A stretch of 64,000 bases of DNA from the human T2T-CHM13v2.0 reference genome, Homo sapiens, in the NCBI RefSeq assembly GCF_009914755.1, contig NC_060927.1; one strand, 5' to 3'. Below are positions 13,341 to 31,732 of this stretch, in pieces (the first letter of the stretch is position 1; every line of letters begins with the position of its first letter). The notes below the pieces were generated by a model. It made no database searches, had not been told where the DNA came from, and saw only the letters and a list, made by a program, of their open reading frames with translations. Both the position numbers and the translations under genes were made by a program.

Positions 13341-14387
13341 AGGGCATATCCAGTTATTTCCCAAGTTGCTGTGGCAAATACTACTAAGCCCACTTTCTCC
13401 TATATGCTTCCACCTCCAGTTTGTTTATTAAGCCACAAGGAGACTGCAGTCTTAGGATGGGAGAGGAAAAGGAAGACACCCAAAATGACATGGATACATT
13501 GTCTAATGAAAAGGGAGAATAAAAGTAAAACTGATACCAGCACCACACACACATATTAATTTTTTAAAAATTGGCATTTAATCTCTGCATAATTGGTCTT
13601 TCCTTACACTTGCTTTAAGTCAAAAGCTCAAATAGATGGATTCCAGATTGTATTATATTACCATCTTTCTATCTAGGTTCATGAGTAGGGCTAATTCCCC
13701 TCTCTGACTACCAAAAGATACAAGGAGGATCCAGTATTAATAGTGACTCTGGCCCTGGTTGTGGTAGGAGGTTAATGAAACTTAGAATATGTGCTTGGAG
13801 AGCCTGAAACTCCCACTGAGAATTAATTTTGTTTGCTCATTTCCTAATGGTCTTTGTGGTCATTAGACTTACTGTTATTTGGCCCTAGATACATTTTCTT
13901 TTTACTTTTGGCTTTTGTTACACAGGGTTCAGAGCTGAAAGCATCTACTTCTTAAAACTACTGAGTGGTTTTCTAATGGTCACAGTATGTGGGAACTGAG
14001 CATTCTGCAAAGCTAAATGTCATTTGGTACAAATTATATTGGGTAATTTGTAACCCATCTAACTGCTCTTTCTTGATGAGCAAATTCTCTCTCTCTCTTG
14101 TGTGTGTGTGTTTTGCATGTATGAATATACTGGGAGTGGGAGTCAGGTATGATTTTTTAAATTTGACTTTCATTCTCTATTAAAGGGCATGAATTCACCA
14201 GACATTCATAACCATCTTTATAATAAGAAATAAGTGTACTAAAAACTTTGTTGTGTTTCAAATTAGAAAACTAAGAGCATGTTGCTGTAATCTTGGACAC
14301 ATGTTTCTATCTCTATGGTGACTGTGTTTTCCAAACCAAAATTTAGGACATGTGTTATGGCAAAGAATTTCCTTTAAAATTGTTCTT

Positions 14388-14576
14388 AACACATGGACAC
14401 AGGGAGGGGAACATCACACACTGGGGCCTGTTGAGGGGTGGAGGGCTAGGGGAGGGATAGCATTAGGAGAAATACCTAATGTAGATGACAGGTTGATGGG
14501 TGCAGCAAACCACAATGGCACGTGTATACCTATGTAACAAACTTACATGTTCTGCACATGTATCCCAGAATTTAAA
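14388..14576 (+). mobile_element. L1PA7-like 3'UTR fragment
   Basis: GAGAAATACCTAATGTAGATGACAGGTTGATGGGTGCAGCAAACC...GTATCCCAGAA. Confidence 0.85.
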
Positions 14577-15477
14577 CAAATTTACAAGAAAAAAACAAAC
14601 AACCACATCAAAAAGTGGGCAAAGGACATGAACAGACACTTCTCAAAAGAAGACATTTATGCAGCCAAAAAACACATGAAAAAATGCTCACCATCACTGG
14701 CCATCAGAGAAATGCAAGTCAAAACCACAATGAGATACCATCTCACACCAGTTAGAATGGCAATCATTAAAAAGTCAGGAAACAACAGGTGCTGGAGAGG
14801 ATGTGGAGAAATAGGAACACTTTTACACTGTTAGTGGGACTGTAAACTAGTTCAACCATTGTGGAAGTCAGTGTGGCGATTCCTCAGGGATCTAGAACTA
14901 GAAATACCATTTGACCCAGCCATCCCATTACTGGGTATATACCCAAAGGATTATAAATCATGCTGCTATAAAGACACATGCACACATATGTTTATTGTGG
15001 CACCATTCACAATAGCAAAGACTTGGAACCAACCCAAATGTCCAACAATGATAGACTGGATTAAGAAAATGTGGCACATATACACCATGGAACACTATGC
15101 AGCCATAAAAAAGGATGAGTTCATGTCCTTTGTAGGGACATGGATGAAATTGGAAATCATAATTCTCAGTAAACTATCGCAAGGACAAAAAACCAAACAC
15201 CGCTTGTTCTCACTCATAGGTGGGAATTGAACAATGAGAACACATGGACACAGGAAGGGGAACATCACACTCTGGGGACTGTTGTGGGGTGGGGGGAGGG
15301 GGGAGGGATAGCATTAGGAGATATACCTAATGCTAAATGACGAGTTAATGGTGCAGCACACCAGCATGGCACATGTATACATATGTAACAAACCTGCACA
15401 TTGTGCACATGCACCCTAAAACTTGAAGTATAATAATAATAAAATAAAATAAAAAATAAAAAAATTTAAAAAAAAAA
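14567..15477 (+). mobile_element. 5'-truncated L1PA4-like LINE-1
   Basis: ORF2 C-terminal fragments (ORFs 14547-14834 and 14859-15230 ending SLIGGN), 3'UTR, A-rich tail. Confidence 0.92.
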
Positions 15478-15479
15478 GA

Positions 15480-15736
<257 letters not shown>

Positions 15737-16043
15737 AAAAAGATTCTTAAATTGTACTTATGTAATCACTCTTATAAGGGTATAAAAATTCAACTACATT
15801 TCATGCTCATTTTATAATTGTATTTTTAAAGAGAAAAATGTTTGTAAATAAGAATTAGTCTTAGAAAACCCATGATATTGACTCCTACTATGTCTTTTCA
15901 TTCTTCTAAGAAATGATCCTATTTGTTGGCCTTATTTCATAATCCATAGAAGGACTAGGAAAAAATGGAATAGTCATTGGCTCATTCGGAAAACAATAAT
16001 GTTACTTAGTTATAATACTGGAATAGCGGGTATTTAAGAATCA

Positions 16044-16298
<255 letters not shown>

Positions 16299-16867
16299 TT
16301 AAGAAGAAAAATAAATCATAGCAAATAGTCTCTTCTCTAGGAAAAAGGTATAAACTAAACTTTCCTCAAAACAAGATTAAAATCAGTTAGAAAAATAAGG
16401 CAAATCCCATCCAGGTCTTTCGTGCAAACGAGTTTTCCAAGTGAAAAAGTATAAGGACGCAGTTCCTGGGTAAGATACGAAGGCTGTTATGAAGGGAATC
16501 ACTGGCCAGAGAAGGATCCGCAAGATATAAATTCCCCGCCCCATTCAAGAACAATGTTGAGCCTAAATGGGATGCTCATTGTAAGCTCTGAATCTTCATC
16601 TGGGATGCTCATGTAGGAAGGTGCCTGTGGAACCAGGTATCAAGAGTCAGAAGACAAGCATCAAAAGCCATAAGGGGGTTTGAGGAACTCTTTCAAGAAT
16701 AAAACTGGAAGGTATATCTCCATGGTTCCTAAATACCAGCTAGAGAGAAAAACGGGAAGTATGCATCAGGAACTTTGGCCTAAAGAAGATGTGTGACTTC
16801 TTAAACTTTTGTAGCTTTTTCATGCTTATTACCTATTTTTATTTGCATTTCTGGCAATAGATAAGAT

Positions 16868-17005
16868 ATTCTCTTGCTTATTGTCCTGGAAACAAGAAGA
16901 AGCAGGGAAACAAGAAGCAGCAACCTGCTTCTTCTAGGACAATAAGAGACAATAAGAGAATCCAGGAGAGATTTCTACTGGGTTTTCCAGGACAATAAGA
17001 GAATC
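16868..17005. repeat. Nested inverted/direct repeat cluster (fold-back)
   Basis: cttattgtcct 16877-16887 pairs with aggacaataag 16936-16946; agaagaagcagg 16895-16906 pairs with cctgcttcttct 16924-16935; 16-bp arm repeated at 16984-16999. Confidence 0.9.
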
Positions 17006-17450
17006 TGGGGAGAGCACATCTAACTTGGTGTCCTAGTTGGTGAAAGAAGAATTCGAGGATTACGGAGGAAAGAAAAATAATAAATCCATGGAGCTGGAGG
17101 AAAAGTGCCAAGAAGGGGAGTTATGGACTAAGGACTTGGGAAAGAGAAGGAGCCCAGAAGTTAATCTGGAAGTGGGCACCTTTGCTCACACCAGAGTCTC
17201 ATCGGTAGCCCCTTACTAGCTCACTTTCCAAGCTCCTTGACTCCACAAATGCTATAATAGCAGCAGAGTGTATATGAGAAAGCATTTTCTATCAGCTAGT
17301 TGGTTATTAGGTCATTCAGTCTTATTTGCTACCCCACCTCCCCTGTCTCCATTGTAATCCCATTAAGAGCAGAAACTACCCCATTCCTTTCCTTATGACT
17401 CTGTATTATCTATAACTATGACACCCACACACTTTTTATAAATATAGTAA

Positions 17451-17538
17451 TGAGCCCAGGAGTTCAAGATGAGCCTGGGCAACATATGAGACCCTATCTT
17501 TAAAAAGTTTTCTTTTAAAAAAGAATCAAAATCCAATG
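17451..17538 (+). repeat. Dispersed copy of 16116-16205 (FLAM 3' half plus flank)
   Basis: Shares the private tail ctatctttaaaaagttttcttttaaaaaa-aatcaaaat with the FLAM 1.33 kb upstream. Confidence 0.9.
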
Positions 17539-17854
17539 TCTTATGTTGCCCCTTCAGCTCAGTGCCATTCCCAGAAGGAATGAACAAAGGAATGTCCCAA
17601 AAGAACAGAAGAATGGAATGGGGACAAGATGGATTGGGATAGCCAAGTGCTCAGTACATTTTTTAAAAAGAAGTTTCTCTCTCAGAACAGAAGTGACTTC
17701 TCAAGAGTTAGAGACCCAACTCTGCACAGATAGAGAAAGGCTGCTTGGGTCTCTAATTTGCATTCAAAGCCCAGGTCTTAGCTCAAATTTCTTTCCCATT
17801 AGTATACAGAGTTATCTTCAGTACAGTCATTTTCAAGGTGAGCTATTTTTCCAT

Positions 17855-18315
17855 ATTTTTATCCCAACATTTTATTATGAAAAATTTTAAACATACAACA
17901 TGTATCCACCATCTGAATTATATAATCAGTATATTACTATGCTTGCTTTGCCACAAATCTGTCTAGCCATCAAGTCATTGTTGTATGCATTTCAAAATCC
18001 AAACATCATAACTTCCCCCGAAATACTTTAGTATGTATATTAGCTAGAACATTTGCTTATAGATTTTAATGCAAAATTTACATGTAATATACAAATCTTA
18101 AGTGTATATCTGCTAAGTTTCTTTCATCTGCTGAGTTCTGAGAAATACATAATCAGTGTGATCCTAACTCCTATTAAAATACAGTATTATATATTACATT
18201 AGATTCTCTCTAGCATTATCATATTCCCAGAGAGTTCCCTCATGCCCTTTTGCAGTCAATTCCCACCCTTCAATCTCTGCCAGAGTCATCAGCTCTGATT
18301 TTTTTTCCTAGATGA
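17855..18315 (-). mobile_element. Old L1MC/L1ME 3' fragments
   Basis: ttttattatgaaaaattttaaacatac... and aaatcttaagtgtata...cccttttgcagtcaattcccacc motifs. Confidence 0.6.
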
Positions 18316-21300
18316 GAGTATTTTCATGCTTGACAGAGTTGTGCAAATAATGGCTTTAGTGATGAACCTTTGTAGTTGGCCAAATTTTAGGGACATTTGG
18401 CTTCAACCCAACAAAAAGTTAACATTCTTAAATGACTGATTATTGTAGATAAATAAGAATTATTCTATTGCATAAGTCATCTTCCTCTCCTGCTTATTCA
18501 TACCTAATAGCCTAGATAAGAAATAAAGTACACATTGTCTCTGCCTGATAAATCAGCAATTTCATTTGTCTCATAATGAAGGGTCAAGGAAGTTCTTCAA
18601 TTTCTGAATATAGTCATGTGATTACTGGTCTCAGAACACAGAACAAAAAGAGAACAGATTTTGTTACTACTAACAAGCTCTTTTCGGCCAATTATTCTTC
18701 CTTATCAATAATATTAATATCCTAGAAAAAATGTAAATACGATAACTACATCTTGCCACTCCTGTGTGTAAGTTAAGAATTATGGAAGGCTTATGATTCT
18801 TCTTGTAAGTCAGTGGGAAGCTGAGTAGGGAGTTACTATTGAATTGTGCTCAGGAATGGTACCTAATGGCTTACGAGAGTGAATCTGACTGCTAAAATGG
18901 CAACTGCCTGCAGGATGTGGCTTTCCGACCCATTGTTTTGCAAATTAAATGGAAAGTTTTTGACCCCTGTGGCATCTTTATGTCCAACACGTGATCTTTG
19001 CAGTGGTCTTTGTTTGGGTTTTCTAATAGCTGGTATCATTCTTCCTCCTTATCCCACTGAGTTAAGTTTCTTTCTGGATTCTCTTTGCTAAGTCCCCTAC
19101 AGCCCCTCCCCATGTCTCTTTTTCCACGCATCATTTCATGTTTTATTCCCATCATTGGACTTGCCATTTCTTCATGTAAATTCCCACCCCTTCCATTCTC
19201 CCCCATCACTCTCAAGTTGCCCCCCTTCACTTATTACCCTTTTTGTTTCTCTTTCCTGCTGCTTAATGATTTTTCCTGCTGATGAGCTGTGCTCACAATA
19301 CTGAGAGGCCTGCAGCACCACTGGGCTTGTTGCTTGCTCATGGGGTGCTCCGAGCAGATGGAAGTAGAATTCAGTCATGCTCATCACAGGACAGCTCTGC
19401 GATGGTGTGTGAATCTTGTAACATTCCATCAGCTTTTTCGTTAATGAACCTATGGGCTTCCCTTTTTTAATTATTAAATTGGAGTTTGATACTCTGGAAA
19501 GCATTTTTCTGTTGAAGACTTATTTTTGGTGCTGTATTTCAGAAACAGAAATAATCCTGACGTTTATACACACAGCACACCAGATTCAGTGTTTTTTATG
19601 ATATTTGTATAGCTCTATTCTTTGTAAAGTGTATTCTTACACAGTGTCTAATTGAGTCTAGTATTAATGATTATCAGACTAGGGTCATTATTTTTATGAT
19701 TGTCACTTTTAAGTGAAGAATGTCCACAAGGATTACAGTGAGGGAGAATCTCAGAATAACTATGCTTAGCCAGTCAGTACAGAAGCTAATCAGGAGAATA
19801 CCTCTTTTATAAGAGGCTAATGAAAAATTTACTTTTCCCCCACCCCACTGGGTTTTCCTCCACTGAATCAACAGGTAAAATAAAAGCTGTCCCATGAGAC
19901 TGGGATCTTTCTTAAACACCTTGCAGTGGTCAGGAAGTTGCTATTCCAATAATTCATCAGATGCCAATATATAATGTGCTGGGACATTTAGCCATATCAG
20001 TTAACTGTCATGAATATACAGACATTCTGCTCTTGACCTTAAAGATATGCTCCTAGAAAAATTGCACGTAGATCAAATTATTGTACATGAAATTGTGTTG
20101 TAAAACACACCAGGGTAATTTGCTATTTAAAGAAATCTTGTAGTTTTTCTCGGTGTAAAGAATTCTTTCATGATGCAAATAATCCACATTTTATTTGTAA
20201 ATGTAGGGCTCTAGGCATGAGTTTGTGTGAAGGACACATCAATTTTAATGGACTTAAGTAGATGGTGGTTTAAGACACACTTTTCTGAACCACCCAGGGG
20301 ATCCCAGCAACTGTTCAGTCAAACAAAGGGACAAATTAACCCCTCTGGAGCAATAGAATTCTGCCATTATTTAATGAGTTGATATGAGAATAGCAGGTCC
20401 TTTCCCTTCTCCTGCAGTGGTTTTACCTTTCCCAGTAATTGTTTCCTTAGAGTAAACTTGAGCTTTATATTTGTGAAAAGCAGAAGGAATTATTTTCAAC
20501 AAACCACATGTGCATCAAATACCCTTGAACTAAGCATACAAGGATATACAAGTGCTTTCCTTGCATTTCCTGAGGTAGAGTTCAGAATGTTACCTTTAAG
20601 CCTCTGAATGCTCCTTAAGCAGGCTTTGTAATTCCTAGTTTATGCCCTTTGAACCAACCCTAAATTCTCTCAATCCTTTGCTCGTTTTCAGTTCACGGAC
20701 TAACCACCACTATGCCCTTGGATTATTTACTTCCTCTGTTTTCATCAACATATGCCAAATTCCACTTTCATTAAAGAATTTAAATCTAACTAATAAACAA
20801 TTATCCTTGATGAGCAAGGTATTTCTAAGATACTCACTGCTGAGGAAAGTATAGTTTGTAACCAAGTTATGTTCCAGAAGATTGTCCCACCTCCACTGTG
20901 GGTTAATGTCCTTTCCAAGGAGGCAGCCTCGAGAACTTTAGAGCTAATGTTCTTCAGGGAGGGAGGTACCAACTGGCTACCTATCAGCTGAGTGTAGAAA
21001 CAACTGAGGGTGAAGTAAATTTGCCTCAGCTACCAGGATCCTTTGACACTACGCCTTCTGGTTTCTGTGGCACAATCGATCAAGACAGAGACCTTTAAGT
21101 GTCCAGATTTTGTTGGCTACATTTAGCTGTATCCCAAGCTACAAGAGTTAAGTAATGCCCTAGTCCGTGCCCAGGAGGGACTTCCATAAAGTTTTTGTAA
21201 GTTGCCAACTCTCAGTGACTTCACAAGTCTTTTCCCAATTCATCCTCTCCCAGAAGCAACCACATGGGAGACAAGTATGAAAATTATACTTAAGGAGATA

Positions 21301-22063
21301 AAATTAATGAACTGGGTGCCACAATTGGTGCAATTTTTACTTTTTTTTTCCTAGGAGGTCTCTTATCTTGTTCTGTGACCTCAACCCAATCTTTGATATT
21401 TCAGCTAAATTGTGGCCAAAATCCTTTGCTCTCCATGACAAACTTCTAAAATCCTAAATTCTAGATTTGACAAAACATATAGGAAAGGACAAATATTCTT
21501 TACCTTTCTCATGGAAACTTATTTTGAAAGGGTGGGGGTTATAACTGTGTTTGACATCTTTAGATATGTCTGTTTTAGTAGAGATATTACAACTCAGTCA
21601 GGAGAGAGGAAAAAGAAAAAGAGGACTGCATCTGCAGATGCCATTCTTCAGAGAACGTCAGCTCCCTGGCAGCAAGTTGGAGTTGGGAAGCATACAAAGC
21701 TTGAAGATCAGACCCCTATGAATGTAATACTTACATTTCTTTAATATTATCCCTCCATGTGATTAATATTAATCCTCAATTATGTCTCCACAATTCTCAA
21801 TATAGACACTTGGAGGCTGCCACAATGTTACGTAAGAGGAATGGAGTTAAAAGTCATTTTCTTTTTATATACTTTACTATTTTAAAAAATTTTCCATGAT
21901 GAGAGAACAGATACCATCTATATAACCTATAGTTATATTTATGTACAAATATAATAAATACCTAGATATACCTAGATTTATATGTTTTATAAATTTATGT
22001 ATAAATACAGGTAATATATGCTACATATATAATTATTTTTTTAAATTAAAAATTACTAAAGGA

Positions 22064-22356
22064 GGCCAGGTGTGGTGGCCCATGCCTGTAATCCCAGCAC
22101 TTTGGAAGGCCAAGGCAGGAGGATCATGTGAGCCCCAGAGTTCAAGACCATCCTGAGCAGCATAGTTAAAACCTGTCTCTACAAAAAATGAAAACAGCCA
22201 GGCATGGTGGTGCACACCCGCAGTCCCAGCTACTCTGAGGCTAAGGCAACAGAATCACTTTAGCCAATGACTTCAAGGTTATAGTGAGCTATGATAGCAC
22301 ACTGAACTCCAGCTTGAGGGACAGAGTGAGACCCTGTCTCAAAAAAGAAAAAAAAA
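22064..22356 (+). mobile_element. AluJ
   Basis: Diverged dimer with GAGCCCCAGAGTTCAAG and GTGAGCTATGAT J diagnostics, A tail. Confidence 0.93.
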
Positions 22357-22719
22357 GTAGAAGGAAAAACAGCAATCCTCTATTGCATATCAAAATCTAA
22401 ATGTCCTCTCACATATCTCTTACATGAGAACGTACCTTCTCTTTATGTATCTTCAATGGATTTCTGCTTCAACAAAGCACTTACTGCCTTCTGCCTGCCC
22501 CATTCTCCCGTTCCTAACATACAAGACTCTTATTTTTATCTCCTTTATGCCACTCACATTTCTCAGCCAAATCATGCACTTTCCTAATCTCAATGCTCAA
22601 CTAAAACTTTACTTTCTTCAACAAATTTTCCTTTATCAGTCCCACCCTAAAATTCATTTTGTCAAACTTCTGTACCCTGCACTCACATATACTTGCCTAT
22701 GTGTTACATTGTGAATGTA

Positions 22720-23560
<841 letters not shown>

Positions 23561-24659
23561 CAAACATGCAATGTTGTTTTTTTAAAATTATCTCAAGCTA
23601 GAGTTCTTTGATGGTCAATCATATGGCAGTCAATGTTGATGCCAAGCCTGGTGGACAGCCATGTCACACCTGACTCCCAGTGCTCAGCTCATAGGTAGGG
23701 AGCCATCCACTCCAAATCCTAAAACCTGCTTAGTTAGCATAGCTTACTTTATCTCATTAACCCCATCTAGTGAACACGAAAGTCATTTTTATTTGTCTAC
23801 ATGATGTGCTCATAATCAGCCATAAGTCTCTTGTAAACAAGAACATTATACTAAGTCTTTAGCATTTTCTTCAACTCATCAGCCCCATTTTCCACCTTCC
23901 TTGAAGACTACAGCTTTAGATGTTTGTTATGATATGAACACCTGACTCTGGACTTCTGCCTGGGGTTTTGGCGCATCTCCTATGTTTCTATCCATCCCTG
24001 TTTCTATTTCCTGCCCTAGTGGCAGCATGTCAATTCTGTTTTTCTCTCCACACTTCTCTCCTTCTCCACAAGGAGAGAGAACAGTTATGGATACAGGATG
24101 GACTGTTCTTAAATGTTTTTACACTAAGGAAACTTCTTTGTGTTTACATGTGCTCATAAGTTCCATTAACACTAATAGCCAGATGTTTTTTTGTGGAATA
24201 TGCAGGCCTCTGCATTTTGTAAGGAAAAGCTGGATTGTATTCTCTTAAATACATTTTTTCTTTCCTTCATTTTAGGCTTTAAACAAAGTAGAATAGAAAG
24301 TCCTTTTAGATAAAATGATATTATATTATGTGATTACAGTAAATGCATGTAATGTACAACATTTATATTCCCAGCATTCTTCACATGCCTCATATAATGA
24401 ACATCTTACTACTTAAATTCTCACTACTAAAATTCACAGTAGGATAATCACTTACTCTATATATGTCAGGGCAAACATGACTGAGAACTTTTGCATTCAA
24501 TTTGGCTTGAAGTAATTCTTATTTATGAAATAAATGGAAAAATTATCTCCAAAGTAATACATGTTCTAGGAGATTACATAATATTTAAGAGAATAAGCTG
24601 ATTTTCCATTCTAACATTTTTTTAACTAAAACATTGCAATGTAGAATTTATACAAGTCA

Positions 24660-24815
24660 GAGACAGGGCTGCCTTATATACTTGACACTCAGCTGGACAC
24701 CTGTCCTGTGAATTTAGGGAAGTTCCTCACCTCTCTGTGTCTCAGTTTCCTCTCAGTGCACAAATAAGAATGTTATTTGTCCTGCTTTATTTCACAAAGG
24801 TGAAAAGATTACAAA
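24660..24815 (+). mobile_element. MIR
   Basis: tgtgaatttagggaagttcctcacctctctgtgtctcagtttcctc MIR core. Confidence 0.7.
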
Positions 24816-24841
24816 CAATGCTGTCATAAACATTTTATGCA

Positions 24842-25320
24842 CATTTATTCATATAACAAATATTTAATGAGCAACTACTGTGGACCAGGTATTGTTCTAG
24901 GTACCAGGACACTGCAGTAAACAAAAATAAACCAAAACCCTGCCTTTATGAGTGTAAGTTCATTTATCTACATAAATCTACATACATAAATAAGAAAATA
25001 AATAGAATGTACATTATGTTAATGATAAGTGCTAATGTAAAAGAAAGTGAAATTGGGAAGGGAATACAGAATAAAGGAGCAAGGAAGACCTCAATGACAG
25101 TTGACATTCAAGTAAAAACTGGAAAGGAATAAGAAGATGTCTAGGGTGCACCTTAAGGAAGAGCATTCCAGGCAGAATAAACAGCCAGTGCAAATGCCCA
25201 GAGGTAGAAATGTGCCAGGTGTGTCCTAGAAACAAGGAGGCCAGTGTGGCTAAAACAGACGAGGAGGAAAAATGGCAGACAACGGCATCAGGGAGGTAAC
25301 CAGGAGCAGACCAGAGAGTG
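24842..25320 (-). mobile_element. L2a 3' fragment
   Basis: cattta..aacaaatatttaatgagcaactactgtggaccagg...gagcattccaggcagaataaacagccagtgcaaa. Confidence 0.8.
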
Positions 25321-25329
25321 CCGTACCTC

Positions 25330-27687
25330 CCTAAGTACATGTGCTAGTTTCTTCAGGATGTGTACCCAGGAAGTGGCACTGCTGGGTTGTAAGATGGGAA
25401 CATCTGCAGTTTTGCTAGATATTGCCAAATTGCTCTTAAGTGTACATTTTCACACTTTTATCAGCTTTTGAATTCCTGTTGTTTCACATCTTTCTAATTC
25501 TTGACATTTTCAGACTTTTAAATTTTTGGACATCTGATAGATATGAAATGGTATCTATCACAGTTTCAAGGTATTTGTTAAATGCTTTCTATTGCAGTAT
25601 TTGGGATATTTCCTCAAATGCTAGTGAGTTTAAAGATCTTTTCATCTGCTTATTGGCCATTCCAGATTTCTCCTTTTATAAATTGTGTTTATATTCTAAT
25701 TTTCTATTACATTGTTTCTTTTTTTCCTGTTGAAGTGAAATTTTTACATGTCCTAAATATTCCTCCTTTGTTAAACACACTATTCTTCAAGCTTGTGACT
25801 TGTCTACTTTGTTCCTACAGTGTTTACTGATGTATTGAAGTTTTACATTTTAATGTATCAAATTTGTTTATCTTTTCCTTTACAGTTCATCCTTTTTTTC
25901 TTGAGAAATACTTCCTTATATACACAAGATATTCACCATCTCTGTTGTTTCTCCTGATGGCCTAACATTTTAGTTTTTATACTTAGGAATTCTGTCTCCC
26001 TGGAATGATGTGAGACAGATTTTTTTTTCTATTGGGTTAACCACCTGTCTCAGTACCTCCTTCCTCTTTAGCAAAACACAGCGCTATAATTTGTTAAGCT
26101 CCACATATGTGTTTCCTGGATTCTTTAACCTCTCTTGTTGGTCAAATTTTTTTCTCTACAATAGTACTACATCATCTTAATTGCTATAGCTTTATAATTA
26201 GTCTTGATAGCTATGTATACATACACAAATATATATTCCAAACTTGAACAATTTGGACAAGTGGATGATTTCTGCCACCCTGTTCTTCAAAATTGTCTTG
26301 GTTATTTCTCAATCCTTTGCTCCCCTATGACTATTTTATAATCCTTGTTTTCAAGTACTATAGGAAAACATTTTGGAATTTTTATTGAAATTGCATTGAA
26401 TTTAGGAATGTTAATGTCTTTATGATATCGAGTCTACTTATTTACAAATGTGGTATATCTTTTCATTTGTTTAGGTTTTTTAAAAGGTCATTCATTAAAG
26501 TTTTGTAATTTTTACCATACACTTCATGTACAGATTTTGTTAGATTTATTTCTAGGAGCCATTTTTGCAGTTGCCACATTGTAAAGGGCACCTCTTTTTA
26601 TATTTTTATAGATTGTCACTGTTTGTTCCTGATGAATAAGGAATTCAATTTTTTATATTGATCTAATAGCCAGTAAGCTTGCTGAGCTCTTATTAACTCT
26701 AATAATTTTACTATAGATGCTCTTGGGTTTTCTATGCTGTAAAACATATCATCTGAGAATAACAATTTCATTTCTTCCTTTGTGATGCATAAACATTATA
26801 TTTCTTTATCTCATTTTAATCCATTGACTAGGCCCCTCCATACAATCTTAAAGCAGAGGGCATTTTTTGCTCATTTCTAATTTTAAAGGGAATGTCTAAC
26901 ATTTCACCATTATGTATGTACTATAAAAGCTTTTTATCAATATATTTCACAAACTTAATAAAATTCTTTCTATTCCTACTTCACTGAGAATTTTTATCAT
27001 GGATACTCAATTTTATCAGATGCCTCTTTGCTTTTATTGAGATGCTCATACAGTCTTACTTCCTAAATTTATCAAGATAAATTTAACTGTCTTGATGCAC
27101 TTTCTAATGGATTGCTGGAATTGGTTTCTTAATACTTTGCAACAATTTTCTTTTCAATATTCCATGTTGTTTGAGAAAAAATATGTATTTTCTAATTGGT
27201 GAGTGCAAGTCTGTGTGTGTGCATGCATGTGTATGTGTGTCTCCAATAGATCAAGGCTGTTAATTATGTTGTTGTAATTTTCTATATCCTTAATGAATTT
27301 TTGTTTCCTTCGTCTATCAATTACTGACAGTATCGTATTCAGATCTCCCTCAACAATTATGGATTTGTCAATTTCTCATTAGCATGTAAATTTTATCTCT
27401 GAATATTTTATTAGACATATACAAGTTAGAAATGTTATCTCTTTCTAGTGAAGTGAGACTTTATTATGGAGGTAGAGAAAGACCATTTTATCTCTTTAAC
27501 TCTGAAAATCCTTTCTGCCCTAAAAACTATTTTACCTAATAATTTACCAACAAAAGCTTCCTTATGGTTGAAACCTACCCAATGTATTGTTTTGCATTTT
27601 TTCCTTTCAACCTTCCTGAGTCCCTGTGTTTTAAATGTGTCCCTCATAAGCAGACTACATTTGGGTTTCCTATAATCCAATTACTGG
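25330..27687 (-). mobile_element. Ancient L1M ORF2 relic (host of the full-length L1PA6; continues at ~33753-35500)
   Basis: Degenerate antisense ORF2 motifs; colinear continuation after 33753 (tcttttaactagcaagtttagaccat). Confidence 0.65.
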
Positions 27688-27901
27688 TTTTTTTTTAAAT
27701 ATACTTTAAGATCTAGGGTACATGTGCACAATGTGCAGGTTTGATACATAGGTACACTTGTGCCATGTTGGTTTGCTGCACCCATCAATTCATCATTTAC
27801 ATTAAGTATGTCTCCTAATGCTATTCCTCCCCTAGCCCCCCACACACCAACAGGCCCCAGTGTGTGATGTTCCCCGCCCTGTGTTCAAGTGATCTCATTA
27901 T

Positions 27902-31669
<3,768 letters not shown>

Positions 31670-31732
31670 TATGATGTTAGCTGATTATTTTGCTCATTAA
31701 TTGATGCAGTTTCTTCATAGCATCAATGGTCT

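Noticed and set aside
15287-15307. G-quadruplex tracts in L1 3'UTRs (also 1866-1896 on the minus strand)
   Set aside because: A standard feature of L1PA 3'UTRs, not specific to this locus.
16568-16612. tgggatgctcat repeated at 33-bp spacing
   Set aside because: Too short and degenerate; at most an old tandem duplication.
20018-20130. Possible old Tigger-like terminus
   Set aside because: The resemblance is too faint to support without an HMM search.
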